Source of the DNA: Chrysomallon squamiferum
Taxonomy: Eukaryota > Animalia > Mollusca
Direction: 5' to 3'
NCBI GenBank assembly: GCA_012295275.1
Contig: CM022670.1
Location: 372,001-436,000 of the forward strand
DNA length: 64,000 nt
The notes beneath the pieces are model-generated. The model saw only the letters and a list, made by a program, of their open reading frames with translations. It did no database searches and was not told where the DNA came from. This document shows, piece by piece, positions 1-14,705 of the stretch. The number at the start of each line of letters is the position of its first letter. Positions within the stretch are counted from its first letter, which is position 1. The position numbers were made by a program, and so were the translations under genes.

Positions 1-3000
1 ATCAGATTTATTAAAGAGTCTAGGTAGTATTTGTTATCAAATGTAGAATATATATATATTTTTTTTTTTTTTTAAGAGACCTCATTAGAGGAATTTAGTG
101 TGAGATGTTTCATTTCATACCAAATGGTGACATGTGAAATAAACAAAAATGTTCTGTGATCAACAAAAACGTGTATTTCTTAGATGACATGACTGATTTT
201 AGTCCTGCAAAACTAAAAGTGTGATGTGAATGTGTTTTAAAAAAAGTGAATTATTATGAACAAAAAAAAAAAAAAAACTGCTACTTAATCCACTGCATAC
301 TGAAATGTGTTTGCATGTGTACAATATATAAAAGTATGTGTGCACCTGGACCCTCTATAGGGATTTCACTGGCTGACTTAAAACCTAAGAAGTGGCATGC
401 AAACCATATTTTCTGTTTTGAAAAAATGTGTAAACAAAGGTCCCAATTACAATTATAGACAATAAAAACTGTGATTTCAAAACAGGAATGAAAGAAAAAA
501 AGAAAGAAATTAAACACCCCTAACCCCAAGAAAACCAGCTGAAACTGGAGTGTTTATTTACATTTGTTACTGTGCTGTTGAGTGGACATCAGTAGAAACA
601 ATCGCATGAAAAAGACATTTGTTTATTGCGTAACAAAAATACTGTATGTATTTTTATCAATGTGATGGTGCTAATTAACCAAACAGTCAGAGGATTGTAA
701 CATACAAAGAACACCAGTTTGGTCATGGTGATGAATTTGAAAAGAAAAAATAAACAAAAGTCATCTTAAAGATAGAACAATTGGTAGTGAAAACATTTCA
801 AATTTATTCTTCATTCATTACTCACTTGTCAATAGATATATGCAAATATTATTTCCTGTGGCTGATCATAAAAATGTGTATTAAAAATGTCTCTTTATTA
901 TTTGTTTCCCAAAATTTGGTTGTTTTAAATAAATACTCCTTGTATTATTTACATCCAGGTTAAATTTCATTTTTTAATTTTAAACTTGGTCTGTATAAAC
1001 AATACTTTCAGCATAAAATGATATTCATTCAAATCTGATGATATTCATGTTGAGCTGAATTATGAATAGTGCTGTGTCAGTGTCTTTATCTATTTTTTTT
1101 TTTTTTTTTTTCTTTAGCATGGTGGGCTAAAATCGTAATAAAGAAGATAATTCTTTTAATTTCTTAAAATATTTGTGTAACCAAATAATGTTATTAATTT
1201 ACAGAAAAATGACGAGAATAATATTTTTGTTAAATTAATAATTTATGTAGAATGTATTTAATTCTTAATATGTAAAAATTAATTAAAAATTTTGCAGAAT
1301 ATTATATCACTTATTTGTAAACAGTAATTTTAAAGAAATCATTTTCTACAATAATTTTATTAAATACTGCTGAAAATGACTACACAACTCAATTATTTCT
1401 TTAAATCAGATTTTACCACGAAGGTGCATTTACTTGTATATGTATTAGCAGACTGTTTTAAACATTTACTGTTAAATACATATATATGTAAATGGATTAC
1501 CTGATCTCATTACTGTCACAAAACATATCTTCATTTTAATGTCATTTTCATGTTGTAGAACATTTAATTTTATATTCATACATGAGAATGTCTTTGTAAA
1601 CCTTAAACATTCAATTTTTTTTTTTCAGTTACATCAAATAACAGCAAAGAAGTTAGGAAATATAAATGTTTTCTTTAATTGAAACAAACTTTGTACATGT
1701 ATGTGCAATATATATAATCTTGATTCCTTATGAATGTCTTGTATTTATTATTACTAGAAAACAATTAAGATTTTTAAAATAATTTTTTCAATGTATGCTA
1801 TGAGTAATCAGCTTTACATTTACCAACATTCTATACATTTTATCAACGAATGCTTGATATTTTTAACAGTGTAACAGCAGTGAGTTTCAATGTCATTTGA
1901 TTGTTTCTAAGTATCATTTCACTCAGCTGTGTCTCTTCATTTTTAATTAAGCTTGATTGAAAAACATTTGTATAATTTGCAAATAAACCTTCAGTTAAGT
2001 GCTATGAATGAGCAAGTAAATGGCATTATTGTATTAATATTTACAAACAACTCTCTGATCAAACATAATCAAGAGTAATTATTTGTAAAATGTTTCATGG
2101 ACGAGTTTATAACAGTATTTTGTAATTGTATTTAAGGTAACTGCTGCTTGAAGACAGATTTACTGTTCGTACTTAGTAACTAATTCACAGAATTCTTCAA
2201 TTTTCTTTTCTCTGTGTCAGTTTTTCATCTTAAATCTATCTTCATATTAATGAGTCAAAATTCATTTTATATTTTAAAAGGAGCCCAAAAACAAAGAGGG
2301 GCCATATTTTTAATGAAGGAAAACACATTCCTAATTTCATTTCGTGTCATTATATTTTGTTTTTTAATTCCAAAATAAGACCCAACCAGATTGCTGGGTT
2401 TTGGGCATACACTATTCAGTGACTCTTTTAATTTTATAACAATTCTAAATTAGTAATTTAAAACTAATATATATATATTTATGTATATAAATATCTCAAA
2501 ATTGTTTTAAAGAAGCATTTCAGACAGTATTACTGCATTTTTTAAACATAAGATAAAGTAACACGGAAAAAATAAATAATTTTTTAAGCTATGCATTCCA
2601 TTAGTTTCACATTTCATCCATCAAAAATGACAAAAATAAAATAAATTAAACATTAAACAAAATTAAATGTTTTTTTATCTTTAGTGCACCATACTCATTA
2701 AAACAAATCAAGATTATGGAACTGTTAATTTTTAGAAATGCATTAGAGTATAATGCATTAATGGCAGTGAACAAGTATTTTTTGTTAGTTACAAAATATG
2801 TTGTTTAAAAGAGAAATGAAAATGAGAAAATCATGTGTAGACACAAACCAGATATATACAGCTTAAGTATTCACTTACATAATTTTGTATTATCACATTC
2901 AAAAGTCCTCTTCCATTTGTCTTTCGTTTGTTTTGCATAATTACTTTAATCATTGTGCCAAAAACCCTTCTTTTGATGCAACCATATATTTTTTTTTTTT

Positions 3001-4090
3001 TTTTTTTTTTAAACTTTCTTTTTATTAATTTTATTTTAGTTATTCTGAGATATTTAGTGCTATGTCATTATCTTCATTATGTACATACATCATTTTGTGT
3101 ATGTTTGAAATTGATAAAATGTTTTTAAAATACCAGTATTGCAGCTTTGTTTTAAGGTAAAAACACTTTTTTTTTTTTTCATAAATGTTGTTCTTAATTT
3201 AAAAGAATAAAGAAAATTATTTTAACTTTCTTTATTAAATATTAGCACAAGTTGAATTAAATATTTTCCAAATATTGCTAAACAATAGTTCCTGATAATA
3301 GTAACAATAAATTTTCAAAAACTCAATGTTGTAACTTTAATTAAAAATAATAAAAAATATATTTATATAATTGTGATATTAAAATTAAAAAATGTAATTC
3401 AATATATATTTATTATGTAATGACATTTTGCTAGAAATTATTCCAAAATTTAAAATAATAATAAAAAAATTCATAGCATATCAGAAATTAAAAAGTTTCT
3501 TTTTGTAGATATATACACTGATTTTGATATCATTTTATTAAACATTTGTACATTTAAAGTAAACGTAATCTATCTTGCATTGTTAAGCATATCAGAATAT
3601 TTGTAGCTTTGTAACTGGAAGAAAAAATAATAATAATAAAGTATCTTAAGTGTTTCATACTGTTTTGAAAATAATATTAAACTGTCTTTTATAAATTTAA
3701 AGTGAAACAGCTATTAAATTTTGATATAGTTTCTCCCCTCCCTCTCCTAAAGTTTTATTGAAGAAACTTGTGAGAGAGAGAATCCATGTCTTTCCCTAAT
3801 CTTAATAAATACTGGAAGAAAAAAAAATTGAAATCTCAATTGTAAATTTAAAAGGTACATTATTTTTATTGCCGTTTTCTTCCACCACTGTGGGTTATTT
3901 TGCATGTTACTTCTGCGTGAGTGGTTTTTTGTTTTTATTTCTCAAGAGAGCTAGTCTCAATATGTGACACTTGTTTCTGTGGCTGTGTGTACAGCCTTAC
4001 TGAAATGTCTGTACAAAATGCAATATTTAATGATGAATGCAAAAAAATATGTTTGTATTTAAAGGAAATAAAAAATGCATAAATATTACA
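1..4090 (+). other. Probable long 3' UTR (or terminal intron) of a gene upstream of the window
   Basis: No credible ORF, CpG-depleted, many TGTA/ATTTA/U-rich elements on the + strand, and AATAAA at 4067-4072 followed by a U-rich tract. Inference only. Confidence 0.35.
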
Positions 4091-4329
4091 TTCATTTGGA
4101 TTTATTTATTTGTTAAAATATAACAACACACATATTCCACAAATGAAGATGATTGTTTTTCAACATTATTGATGAATAAAGAAAATTTTGATTGGCTAAT
4201 TGCAAGAAGGCCGGTGTTATGTAACATTAAATTGATTCACAACATGAAGTTTTTCTTTTTCAACTTTTGAAATTTCTTTTTTCTTTTTTCCATCTGTTTG
4301 CTTTCCTGTCTTTCTATTTTTTTTTTTGG

Positions 4330-5030
4330 TTTCAACATTTTCTACTCAAATGTCCTGTTTCATTACACTTATAACAGTTTGCCTTTTTGTAAAAACATGC
4401 ATGATGAATATTAGTTTTACCACACCAGAAGCATTCAATGACAGAAACTTTGTGGAACTTTTCCATTTCTGACTTAATTCCAATTTTCAGCTTATCAGTT
4501 TCTCTAGCTGCCATTTCCATACTAACAGCTATTTGCAAGGCTTTCCTCAGTGATAAGTTCAGAATAGGTACCAGCAGGAAAATTTGTTCTGACTTTAATT
4601 TCATATAATATGCTAAAAAATTAGCACATAATGAAAGCTGTAGCAAAAATAATGAAAACACACACAAAATTAAGACTATCTTCAGCAGTTCTGAAGATAT
4701 ATGCAAATCAGTACGAGAAGTATTTTGTTGGTTTTCAGCCCTATTTTGGCTAATTAGCAGAAAGGTCTACTTTGGCCAACTGTAGTTTGAAAAGTAATTG
4801 ATACAAAAGGCTGAAAATCAACAAGTATGATGGGACCAACTTGGTAAATGAGCTCAGACCTGTATGTTTTTATGTGTGTTTCACAATAACATGCTAAACA
4901 TGCCAAAATCTTCAAAATGACACACGGCAGAATGACTAAAAATGCAAACAGATACTGTGGTTTCAGTGTTTGTCTCATTCAACAAATTCAACCTGTGGTG
5001 TGAACAATTTATCGATATCTTTCAAATGAC
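4330..5030 (-). mobile_element. Decayed Ty3/Gypsy-like LTR retrotransposon gag fragment
   Basis: ORF 4332-4706 contains LSLRKALQIAVSMEMAA followed by CFWCGKTNIHHAC and a canonical CCHC zinc knuckle CYKCNETGHLSRKC, typical of invertebrate K02A2.6-like gag. Frames upstream are broken; no pol or LTRs were seen; the left boundary of the element (right coordinate) is approximate. Confidence 0.7.
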
Positions 5031-6754
5031 ATTCTTGAATCTAACATTTTTAATATAATAAAAAAAAAATTCTGCCAAGCCCATTCAAAAAATTGCCTTT
5101 TCAATTTATATAGAACAGCACACCTTTATTTACATAAGCAGCTTAAATTTTCACTATTAAATAATTAGTAGTAATAAGTTATGATACTGTGATGTGTATA
5201 TATCATATATATATATAAAATGTTACTTAAAAGGTCTACACGCATTTGATGTTTCTAATCCTTGGATTCAACTCCAGAAAAGTGTTGCAGGTATTAATTA
5301 GGGACAATAAAATGTATGTAATTATGAGACTAGAGGCTATTTAAGACACAGGTGTTATAAGTCTGTCATTTGAAGCAAACGTGAGAATTTTCTTAGCTTT
5401 GTACATGCTGTGATTTGACAGCAAAATATTATGTAGCATCTGACCATTGTTGAAATTTTCTCTGATTGAGCTTATCAACAAGCAAAAATAATGTTCTAAA
5501 ACTGATTTTATGATTTTGTATTTTTAAAAAAAGTGGTTAGATTTTTATTCAGCATTCCATCAATACCTCCGATTACATTGTTCTATTATGTAGTATAGTT
5601 TGTTATGTTTACCATTCTTAATTCGCCGCTTATCGCAAGAATTTTGAAAGCAAAATAATCGAAGGTTCTAAACGGATGATAGTAATCGACAAAACAATGT
5701 TAAATCGTTTATTTCAGAACGCGAAATCTCTATGCACGTGCTATAATGTATACGCTAAAAGTAGGAAAACTGAAGAAAAATATACAGCCAAAATTTATTA
5801 AAAATATAAACATATAAATATAATCATTTTAAACAACGCCAGACCTTTCTAGCTGTACATAAAATCTACGGCGATTTCGCTAAGCACGTGCTACTTTCAA
5901 ACGAGGAGCTTCTTTTCACACGTTGTTTGAAAGGTAATTGAATGATCTTTCATTTGATCCCGTGAACATAGGTTTTATTTTCAGCCAATTTTTTTCAAAA
6001 TTGGTTTGAAGGCATGAAAAAGCACATTTGTGGAAACACCTTTTGATATAAGCCACTGTCAGGGACATGCACGCGGTTAGAAAGATTGAACTTTGACCCT
6101 CCAGTCTGTGCTAAAAATAATACTGAAGCCATTTTGGCGAAAACAAGACAGGCGTTTGTAGAGCGACCCTAGTTTAGGACTTTTTACTCCACGCTGTTAA
6201 CTGCTGACCACTGGCGCCGAAGTGCGTTTACCCCCACCGCGTTTAACACTCTCGTACAAGGAACTGATTTAACATACAACAAGAACAACAATACCATTTA
6301 AAAGAGCACATAATGATCTTTAATTACATATATTTGTTTTAGTTTTTATGGTAGGCTTTATAGAAGGGATTTGGGAGTGGAGGAAAATGGACAAAATCTG
6401 AACTTTTAACAGCTTCGACCAATTAAATCGGCTAGGGTGCCGGTACCTATTCAGAGAGAAGTTTTTTTCTGTATTGACTTTTCAGACAGACCACGGACCA
6501 AAATGTCTCATTGCTTCAGTCAAAAATGCACCAAATTCACGTATTCATCCCAATCGGAACTTTCTAGGTCACACTCTTCACCTTTACCATATACAGGTAG
6601 CCATATTTCATAAACAGTTAATTTCAGGAAACTGTTCAACAAGTGTTATCCCATCGTCGTCGCCAATTGTTATGTTTTAACATTAAAACAAAGTTTATTT
6701 CAGTTTCCAAACAATTCATTTCGTTTCAAAATGTCTACGAACAAAAACTAACGC

Positions 6755-6810
6755 ATGCTCCGGGTGACGTCATAAATTATCTCTCCCTTGTTCCGGTTCC
6801 CGTAAACATC
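6755..6810. promoter_or_regulatory. Promoter-like motif cluster without an adjacent CDS
   Basis: Perfect CRE TGACGTCA (6765-6772), AATTATCTCTCCCTT (6775-6789) and TTCCGG (6791-6796) within a CpG-retaining stretch. Confidence 0.4.
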
Positions 6811-7984
6811 GTAAACTGTAACAATGTTAACCATAACACCATTTAGATACAACAGCTAGTATTTAAAATATTTTAACAATATAAGTTGTAATGAATAAGA
6901 TATTAAAATTGAGAAAATCCCTGTCCAAAAATAATTCTGTTTCTTCTATCTTGTTATAAACCATATGTATGTAACAGTAAATCTTAATCTAACTTCTAAA
7001 AACACACGCATCCACGCACAAACACATTCATGAATAGTTATGAACATCGATCAGGTTGTATTAGCGTTATATAAACATTGCCAATTTTTTAGATGGACTA
7101 TTGAACTATGCTAAAAATGTTTATGATGAGTCGTCATCAAAGAACCATCCACGTCCATTCCCCGTATTTTGTATTGCAAATAAACATGCGAGGGATGGAT
7201 TACCTGTGTTGTGAACAATTTATCAAGCAGTTCTTCTAGATAAAGAGAATGACAAGAACATAGGCGTTGTTAATGCTTCAGTGGTTTTTACTCTCTTCTT
7301 TCTATGATTTGATTGTAAATACCGATCGAACGATCAAAATAATTCAGCAGGTTCCGAAAAACAATTTACAGAGTAAATTTCATAGTGTAGGTACATCTAG
7401 CTTAACTAGATTATATTTTATGTTCTAGTGAGTCTTTCTGCCTCACCTAAATATTTATAACTATAAATATATACATAGTAATTGATATATACTTGAATAA
7501 AAGTCTTGTATAAAGTCTAAATATATATTTGAATAAAACTATTTAATGAAGGGTGGTTGGATTTAGTTATTTTTCTTATTAATTTCGTCCTTATATGCTC
7601 CTGGACTGGCGTGTGTGTGTACGTAAGTTACTATTTAACAACTGGATTAATTTTTTTTTTTTTTTTATAAATTAAAGAACTTACACATGTTTAGGTCATA
7701 CCGAAAAACACGAATAACATGCTGTACAATGACACTATGCCAAGTGAAAATATTTTTAAATCTACCCTCTTTATTAACTTGATATTTTCTGTGTCCGGTC
7801 CCGCTCCCATACATATTTTATAGTAATATTTTCTTTGTTTTTAATAAGTTATTATTTATTTATGAAGTGAGAAACACTGAGTACTTATGTACAGTGTGCA
7901 AGGACGTAAACTTTCACTTACATACAAAAACAATAAACGTGCACGCCATATATTTTATTATTATTAATATTATAATATAGTTAT

Positions 7985-8027
<43 letters not shown>

Positions 8028-9308
8028 ATTTTAAAAAGTTCAACCTAGTGTGTTAATTACCTTGTACAATTTTGAAATGTGACAATTATTTTTGCCAACA
8101 TTTAAACATGTTCACCATTATGTTTACATTTATTGTATTATTATTATTATTTATTTATTTATTTATTTAATTATTCATTATTTATTTTATTTTTTGCACC
8201 CAGACAATTAACTGATTTGGAACTGGATAGTACATTTCATCCAAACGGTGTTAGTTTGTAGTGAAAATGTATATTTTATGTTTTCCATGAATATTCTGTT
8301 ATTTGTTAAATCAAAGTATGTTAAAGCAAACCAAGGATATATTTTCACGTCAGTAACTGCCATTTCCTATGACTTTTAGATTCTTTGAATCATCGGTAAA
8401 ATTTTGTTTCATCTTTTGATCAAAATAATACAGAATAAATAATACATTTTTTTACAAAAAAAAAAAAAAAAATAAAAATATGGCTATGATGGGGCTATTA
8501 AATGTCTGTCTGTCCTATTCTATCGATCAGCTAGCATTTCCAGAATTAAAAGCCCACGTGATATGACGTAAGTCGTCCGTCTTTAGAAAGGTCGAGTTTT
8601 GCTGTCTCCTCTGTCACCAAATCAGGCAAGCGTTTTCATATTTCTCTCATTTTTGCCTCTAACTTTTGATAATTTAATTAAATGCACCTGAATTTAATAG
8701 TTTGATTATCATTCGTATTTCCTCTCTTTAATCCTGATTCTTTCATTACTGTTGATCAAAAATAAATATTTAAAATAGCAGACGACCGTTTTTTCATACT
8801 CAGTATCATATAGATTATTTACGCTTTAAAACCAATGACAAAGTTTCTATTCATAATTTAAAACAAAATGTTAATAACAATTAGTTCACAAATATATTTC
8901 ATCGAAAATTTATACGTTGTTTATTTGTGGTTATTTAAAAAACAAACAAAAAAAACACTATGTATTAAATGCAAAAAAAAAAAAAAAAGGCGAATAATTT
9001 ATGACGTAATATTATGTCACAAACGGGCATAAAAAACCCAATAATAATATTTTACTATATATTTAAAAACAACAACAATCCTAAAACAAAATATTTTAAT
9101 GCAATATGTGTGGCGATCTATGAAAACCTTTCACATGGCCAAAAAAAAAAAAAATATATATATATTTTCGGATTTTGACACCATTAATTACCAATTAAAA
9201 TCACTTTTAATTATTTAAAAACAGCAAATAGAAAAAAAAGATATGACATTTTTCAGTTGAAATTATATAGAAAACATTTGCCGGCAATCACAAAATATGT
9301 TTTTCTAC

Positions 9309-9339
<31 letters not shown>

Positions 9340-9810
9340 ATAATAATAATAACGAAACATAAAGCAATCCAATTATCTTTAGGGTATTTAGGTGTTTCTA
9401 TCTTATCTAAGGAACAGTAGTAAGTCGATAAGTTATGACACAGTTACAACTGTTAGAACTTTTTTTGAAAACTGACTGAAAACGATTGATGAGCTTTCTC
9501 GATTTTAACAATGAGCAACAGTATTGTAAACAATGTATTTATGCGTAATGGCAATAGGGTCAAACATTTTACAATTATTACAGTGAAATACGGCATATAT
9601 ATATATATATATGCAATGAATAAAATCGGTAAAAATCCAAATTTTGTATTATTTGTTTTGTAAACAAAGTTTATCAAATTAGATTTAATTAAACACATAT
9701 TTATCTCCAATACAAGTACGGGAGCCAGGGTTTCTGTTCTTGGCTTCTCAACTCTACACATTATTACCATTGTTGTTATTAATAAACATTTTAATTCTAC
9801 ATAGCTTGAA

Positions 9811-9841
<31 letters not shown>

Positions 9842-9949
9842 TGTATATATAATTATCTAAAAATACATATTAAAAAAAAAGAAAAAAAAAGGAATGAAAT
9901 TAAATTACATATCACAATATTTACTTCTATTTACATTTTATGTTAAGTC

Positions 9950-10318
9950 ATGTCAAAAAAATCCAAAGTATACATGACAAGGATTGTGCCAAAACCAGGC
10001 CGTGAGATGTTGCAGTCGACGTGTGATGTCAAACAATGGGAGAGTGATGAGGCAATACCAAAAGCAGAACTTATAAAGAATGTTAAGGGTGTGGATGCCT
10101 TGTACTGTATGCTTACTGATCCAATTGATGCTGAAGTACTTAATGCTGCAGGTGAACACATCCATCTATTACTATAGCCATTTTCTTCTCTGTCTATATC
10201 TTGAAATGCTGTACAAGTGCATCACATGTTTTATTGCACTGGTTATTGTTTTAACTGTATTTCTTATTTTAGTTTACTGCTATTACTACAACTTCAGCTA
10301 TAGCTGCTACATTACCGC

Positions 10319-10364
<46 letters not shown>

Positions 10365-11540
10365 TGTTGTTATTATTATTTTATAGTTAAAAGCTTCTTC
10401 TTCTTTTTTTTTATATAAAAAACCAGGACCACAGCTAAAGATTGTGGCAACGATGTCAGTAGGTTTTGATCATATTGATCTGAATGAATGCAAGAAGAGA
10501 AAGATACCAGTTACACACACACCAAATGTGTCAACCAATGCTGTAGCAGAGCTTGCAGTTACTCTGCTTTTGGCAACATCAAGGAGGGTTAAAGAAGGTT
10601 GGTACAAAATCAGTTTACTTGTTTTTTTATTCAACACATCCATAACTTTTATAAAATCTACACAAAACTCAGGAACATAATGAAGCATATCAGCCAACAA
10701 ATCTGTTGGTGAACAAAAGAGAAACTCCTCATTAATGCTAGTATATAGCATGTTTCTCATGGCACCTGTTTCCTTCAAACAATGACTATAAATGACAGCT
10801 ATCACTTAACCACTATCCACAAAACATCTACAAAGTAAATTAAATATACCAGTATATAATTATATATGTAATTCCATAAGTAATTTGGTATATATATGTA
10901 TGGGTTTTATGTTTAATGATCATATATTATTTAACTTATAGGAATAAAGGCAGTGGAGAATGGTCAGTGGGGTAAATGGAAACCACTTTGGCTGTGTGGG
11001 GAAGAATTAGATGAATCCACTGTTGGAATTGTTGGACTTGGCCGAATTGGAATGGCCACTGCTGAGCGTTTGATAGGATTTGGAGTGAAGAAAATTGTCT
11101 ATTTTGACTATTTTCAAAACCCAAATGCTTCAAAAATAAAAGCAGAGTTCTTGCCATTGGACAAAGTTCTGGAGATGTCAGACTTTATTATTTCTGCACT
11201 GAACCTTACTCCAGAAACAAAAGAAATGTTTAATTCCAAAACATTTAAACAAATGAAGAAATCGGCCATCTTTGTCAATATTGGTCGAGGTGGAGTTGTT
11301 AACCATGATGATCTGTGCAAGGCGCTTAAGTCAGGAGAAATAATAGGTGCTGGTTTGGATGTCACCGTTCCTGAACCACTTCCTAAAGACCATCCATTGG
11401 TGAAGCTTGATAACTGTGTCACACTGCCACACATGGGCAGTAATACCTACAAGTCGAGGAGTGCCATGGCTGAACTTGCTGCAAAGAATGTACTAGCAGC
11501 TCTGCAAGGGAAACCTCTTCTTTCTGAAGTTAAAACTTAA
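9950..11540 (+). CDS. GRHPR: Glyoxylate reductase/hydroxypyruvate reductase paralog A (D-2-hydroxyacid dehydrogenase family). Three coding exons: 9950-10151, 10427-10597, 10942-11540; 323 aa.
   Basis: Exons join in phase 1/1 at GT-AG sites (GCAG|gtgaac ... accag|GA; GAAG|gttggt ... tatag|GA) into a 972-nt ORF. Motifs: KVYMTR, GVDALYCMLTD, ATMSVGFDHID, TPNVSTNAVAELA, WKPLWLCG, Rossmann GIVGLGRIG, NIGRG (catalytic Arg), AGLDVTVPEPL (Glu), LPHMGS (His). Confidence 0.95.
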
Positions 11541-11949
11541 TATTACTGACATTTTGAAACTCAGTTTACTAATATTTATTTTATGGTATCAGTTTATAAG
11601 TAATGTATTCGATTTTGGGGGGTTATCTTAGATAGAACCTTCATGAGGTTTTTTTATATTTTTATATCTAACTTGTAGGTACTTTGTTTATGTTCTAATT
11701 TTTGTATATATTTTATTTCTAGGTATCTTATTATCTTTGTACATTTATATTGTTTTGTGTGCATTTTTATATTACTTTAATTTTATAAAGTTTTTTTTTT
11801 TAATTTTATATTAGTACCATGTACTGTCTGTATTATTTGTATTTGCTTTATGTTGGTGATTTTTGCCACTTTTTATGAAAATTTTAAATTGTTTTCCTTT
11901 ATCAGTGGAACTGTTGAAATGTCCTTTGTCAATAAGCATTAGTTATAAA

Positions 11950-11955
11950 AATAAA
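11950..11955 (+). terminator. Candidate polyadenylation signal of GRHPR paralog A
   Basis: AATAAA ~410 nt after the stop codon, after a U-rich 3' UTR and before GT-rich sequence. Confidence 0.45.
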
Positions 11956-13542
11956 AACAGTTTTAAAACTGAAGTCTTAGTTATGTCTAATATAAAAGGA
12001 GACATGTATGTTTGAGTCTGTGTTATACAGTATTCAGTACTTGTTTCTCTATACATGAGAGCTGAAACATTATTCCATTTTTGTTTTTAATTTCCACTTT
12101 TATAATGATTTTTATAACACTCAGTAACATGTAAATACATGTTTAATACTATTTAGTAAGTCTTGATACCAAACAAAGTTCTATGCTTAAAACATTATCA
12201 ATCTTTTTTTATCATCATTTAAAAGACTTTTGTATCATTTTGAAGATAATGTTTGTGTACCTTTCATGTTGGTGGATTATATGTATTCTAAACATTATAA
12301 ATATTCTAACAAAATCAAAAATTAACAAACCCAGGGGTTCTTTTATATGCTGCTTTCCACAAAATAAGCAACGTTTGAGAACTGTTGACCTAGTAAATAA
12401 AAATACACTTAAATCAAGCATATACTGCACATTATATAACATAAAGGCATCATTCACATTTTCTTTGAATAGACTTTTTGTCCAAAATGTAACAGCCTAG
12501 TAATATGTTTGTTTTAATTAGCATATTAAAAAAATATGCACAACAACAGGACTGTAATCAGGTCTTACTTGCTCTACTGCAGCATATTCTGTTAAGGACA
12601 TTAAAATAATACTTTCAAACCAAAACTTTTACTGATTATATAAAAAAGGCAAGATTTAGATAACATTTCAGCAGTAAATATATTCTTAAATAGTTAATTA
12701 TTTTTAAAACATAAATACTGAACAGTTAACAGATTTTAAAACTTCAAAAAATAAAATTAACAGTATCAATTATATATACAGAAACTATCAAAGAAGATAA
12801 CAATAGAATGACAATGAAATAAAATTATTACAGAACATTAGAATGTTGCCATTTTTACCTATATTATAACAATTAGGACATCACCATGTATACTGCAATG
12901 CTAGAAGAAAACAAGTATCTAATAAACACAACTGCAGAAATGTGGCAGTACCTTGTTGCTTTTATAAACTCTTTTGTTGTATTAGTTCACTAATAATTAA
13001 AAATGTACTCCAGAAAACAAAACATAGCTGGAATAATGCGGTTCAATGCATCAAACTCTAATAAAACAAACAACCTAAAACAAATACAGCTTAAGCCCCT
13101 GTCTTTGTTGCATGAACATCCAAAGAAACATTACACTAAACATGTTTTATTTAACATGATGATAAACAATTTTAATCTAAAGTTTTTTGGCATGATAAAC
13201 AGATGCACTAAAATTTTCAATTAACACCAAGGAAATAAATAAGTGTTTTCCTTTCACAAATGAGTATTATGATTTAGAATTAAACAATAATTAAACAATT
13301 TGTAAACTGAACAGATATTTACACTTTCTGATAATTTACTTTGATGTTTACTGTGATCATTAAGTATATCATTAACAAATTTGCCATATGAGTATTTCAA
13401 TTAATTTCATTTCTGTATCAGAGGTAACATCACAATAGAAATAAAGAAAACAGTCACATTGAACATTTTGTCCTATTTTACAAATAATAAAGATTTGTTT
13501 CTGGTTGTATATGTAATGTAATTAGATATTGCTATTAAAACT

Positions 13543-14645
13543 TCAAATAACAACCTGGCTTGGCAGTGGTTTTCCCTCCAGTGCTGCTAAGATGTTTTTA
13601 GAGGCTAGGTCAGCCATGGCACTTCGTGATTCATTGGTTGCACTACCTATATGAGGTAGCACTGTACAGTTATTGAGTTTTAACAAAGGGCTGTCTGTTG
13701 GTAGAGGTTCTGGAGTGGTAACATCTAAACCTGCAGCCCATATCTCACCAGACACCAGAGCTGTATACAAGTCATCCTGGTTTACAACTGCACCACGGCT
13801 GGTGTTAATAAAAACAGCCGATTTCTTCATTTTTTGGAAAGCCTTTGCATTAAACATTTCTTTAGTTTGTGGTGTGAAGGCTACGCATGCTATTACATAA
13901 TCTGAGACTTCAAAAAGTTTGTCAAGAGAAACAAACTCAGCCTGAACTTCTGAATCTGCTGGGTTTCTTTTTGAATTGTTGTAGATGATTTTCTTCACAC
14001 CAAATGGAAGCAAACGTCTGGCTACTGCTAATCCGATTCGACCAAGTCCTACAATTCCAACAGTTGAACCTTCTAATCCTGGCCCACACAGCCAAAGTGG
14101 TTTCCATGTTCCCCATTCTCCATTTTCCACTGCATGTATACCTATAATTAACAGAAGACAAATGCAAAATATGATCAAAGTATATAAAAAGTTAGGTCAA
14201 GAAAGAAAAAACATTAGAAACATACATCTGTTACACTTAATTAATTTTATTAAATCAACTATCAAATAAATGAATTTTTTGTCTGTTGTAAAGAAAATTA
14301 GTTTTTAATGTATAAATATTGCGTTATAATGAGTATTATTACATATATATATAATTTATAATAAAAATAATACTGGTTCAAGCTGGGCTCTGATTATTAA
14401 ATTACCACCCAGTAATTACATTTAACAATTTATTTACAACACAAACCTTCTTTCACTCTTCTAGTTGTTGCTAGTAGAAGTGTTACAGTTAACTCTGCAG
14501 TAGCATTTGTCAGAACATTTGGAGTATAACCAACAAGAATATTTTCTTCTTACATTCCTTGAGATCAATATGATCATATCCTACTGATAAGGTGGAAACA
14601 ATTTTCAACTGTGGTCCTAGAATAAGCATTTGAAACAACAACAAC

Positions 14646-14705
<60 letters not shown>

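Noticed and set aside
4332-4706. Host zinc-knuckle protein gene or domesticated gag
   Set aside because: The upstream part is frameshifted and stop-interrupted with no splice structure; consistent with a dead retroelement.
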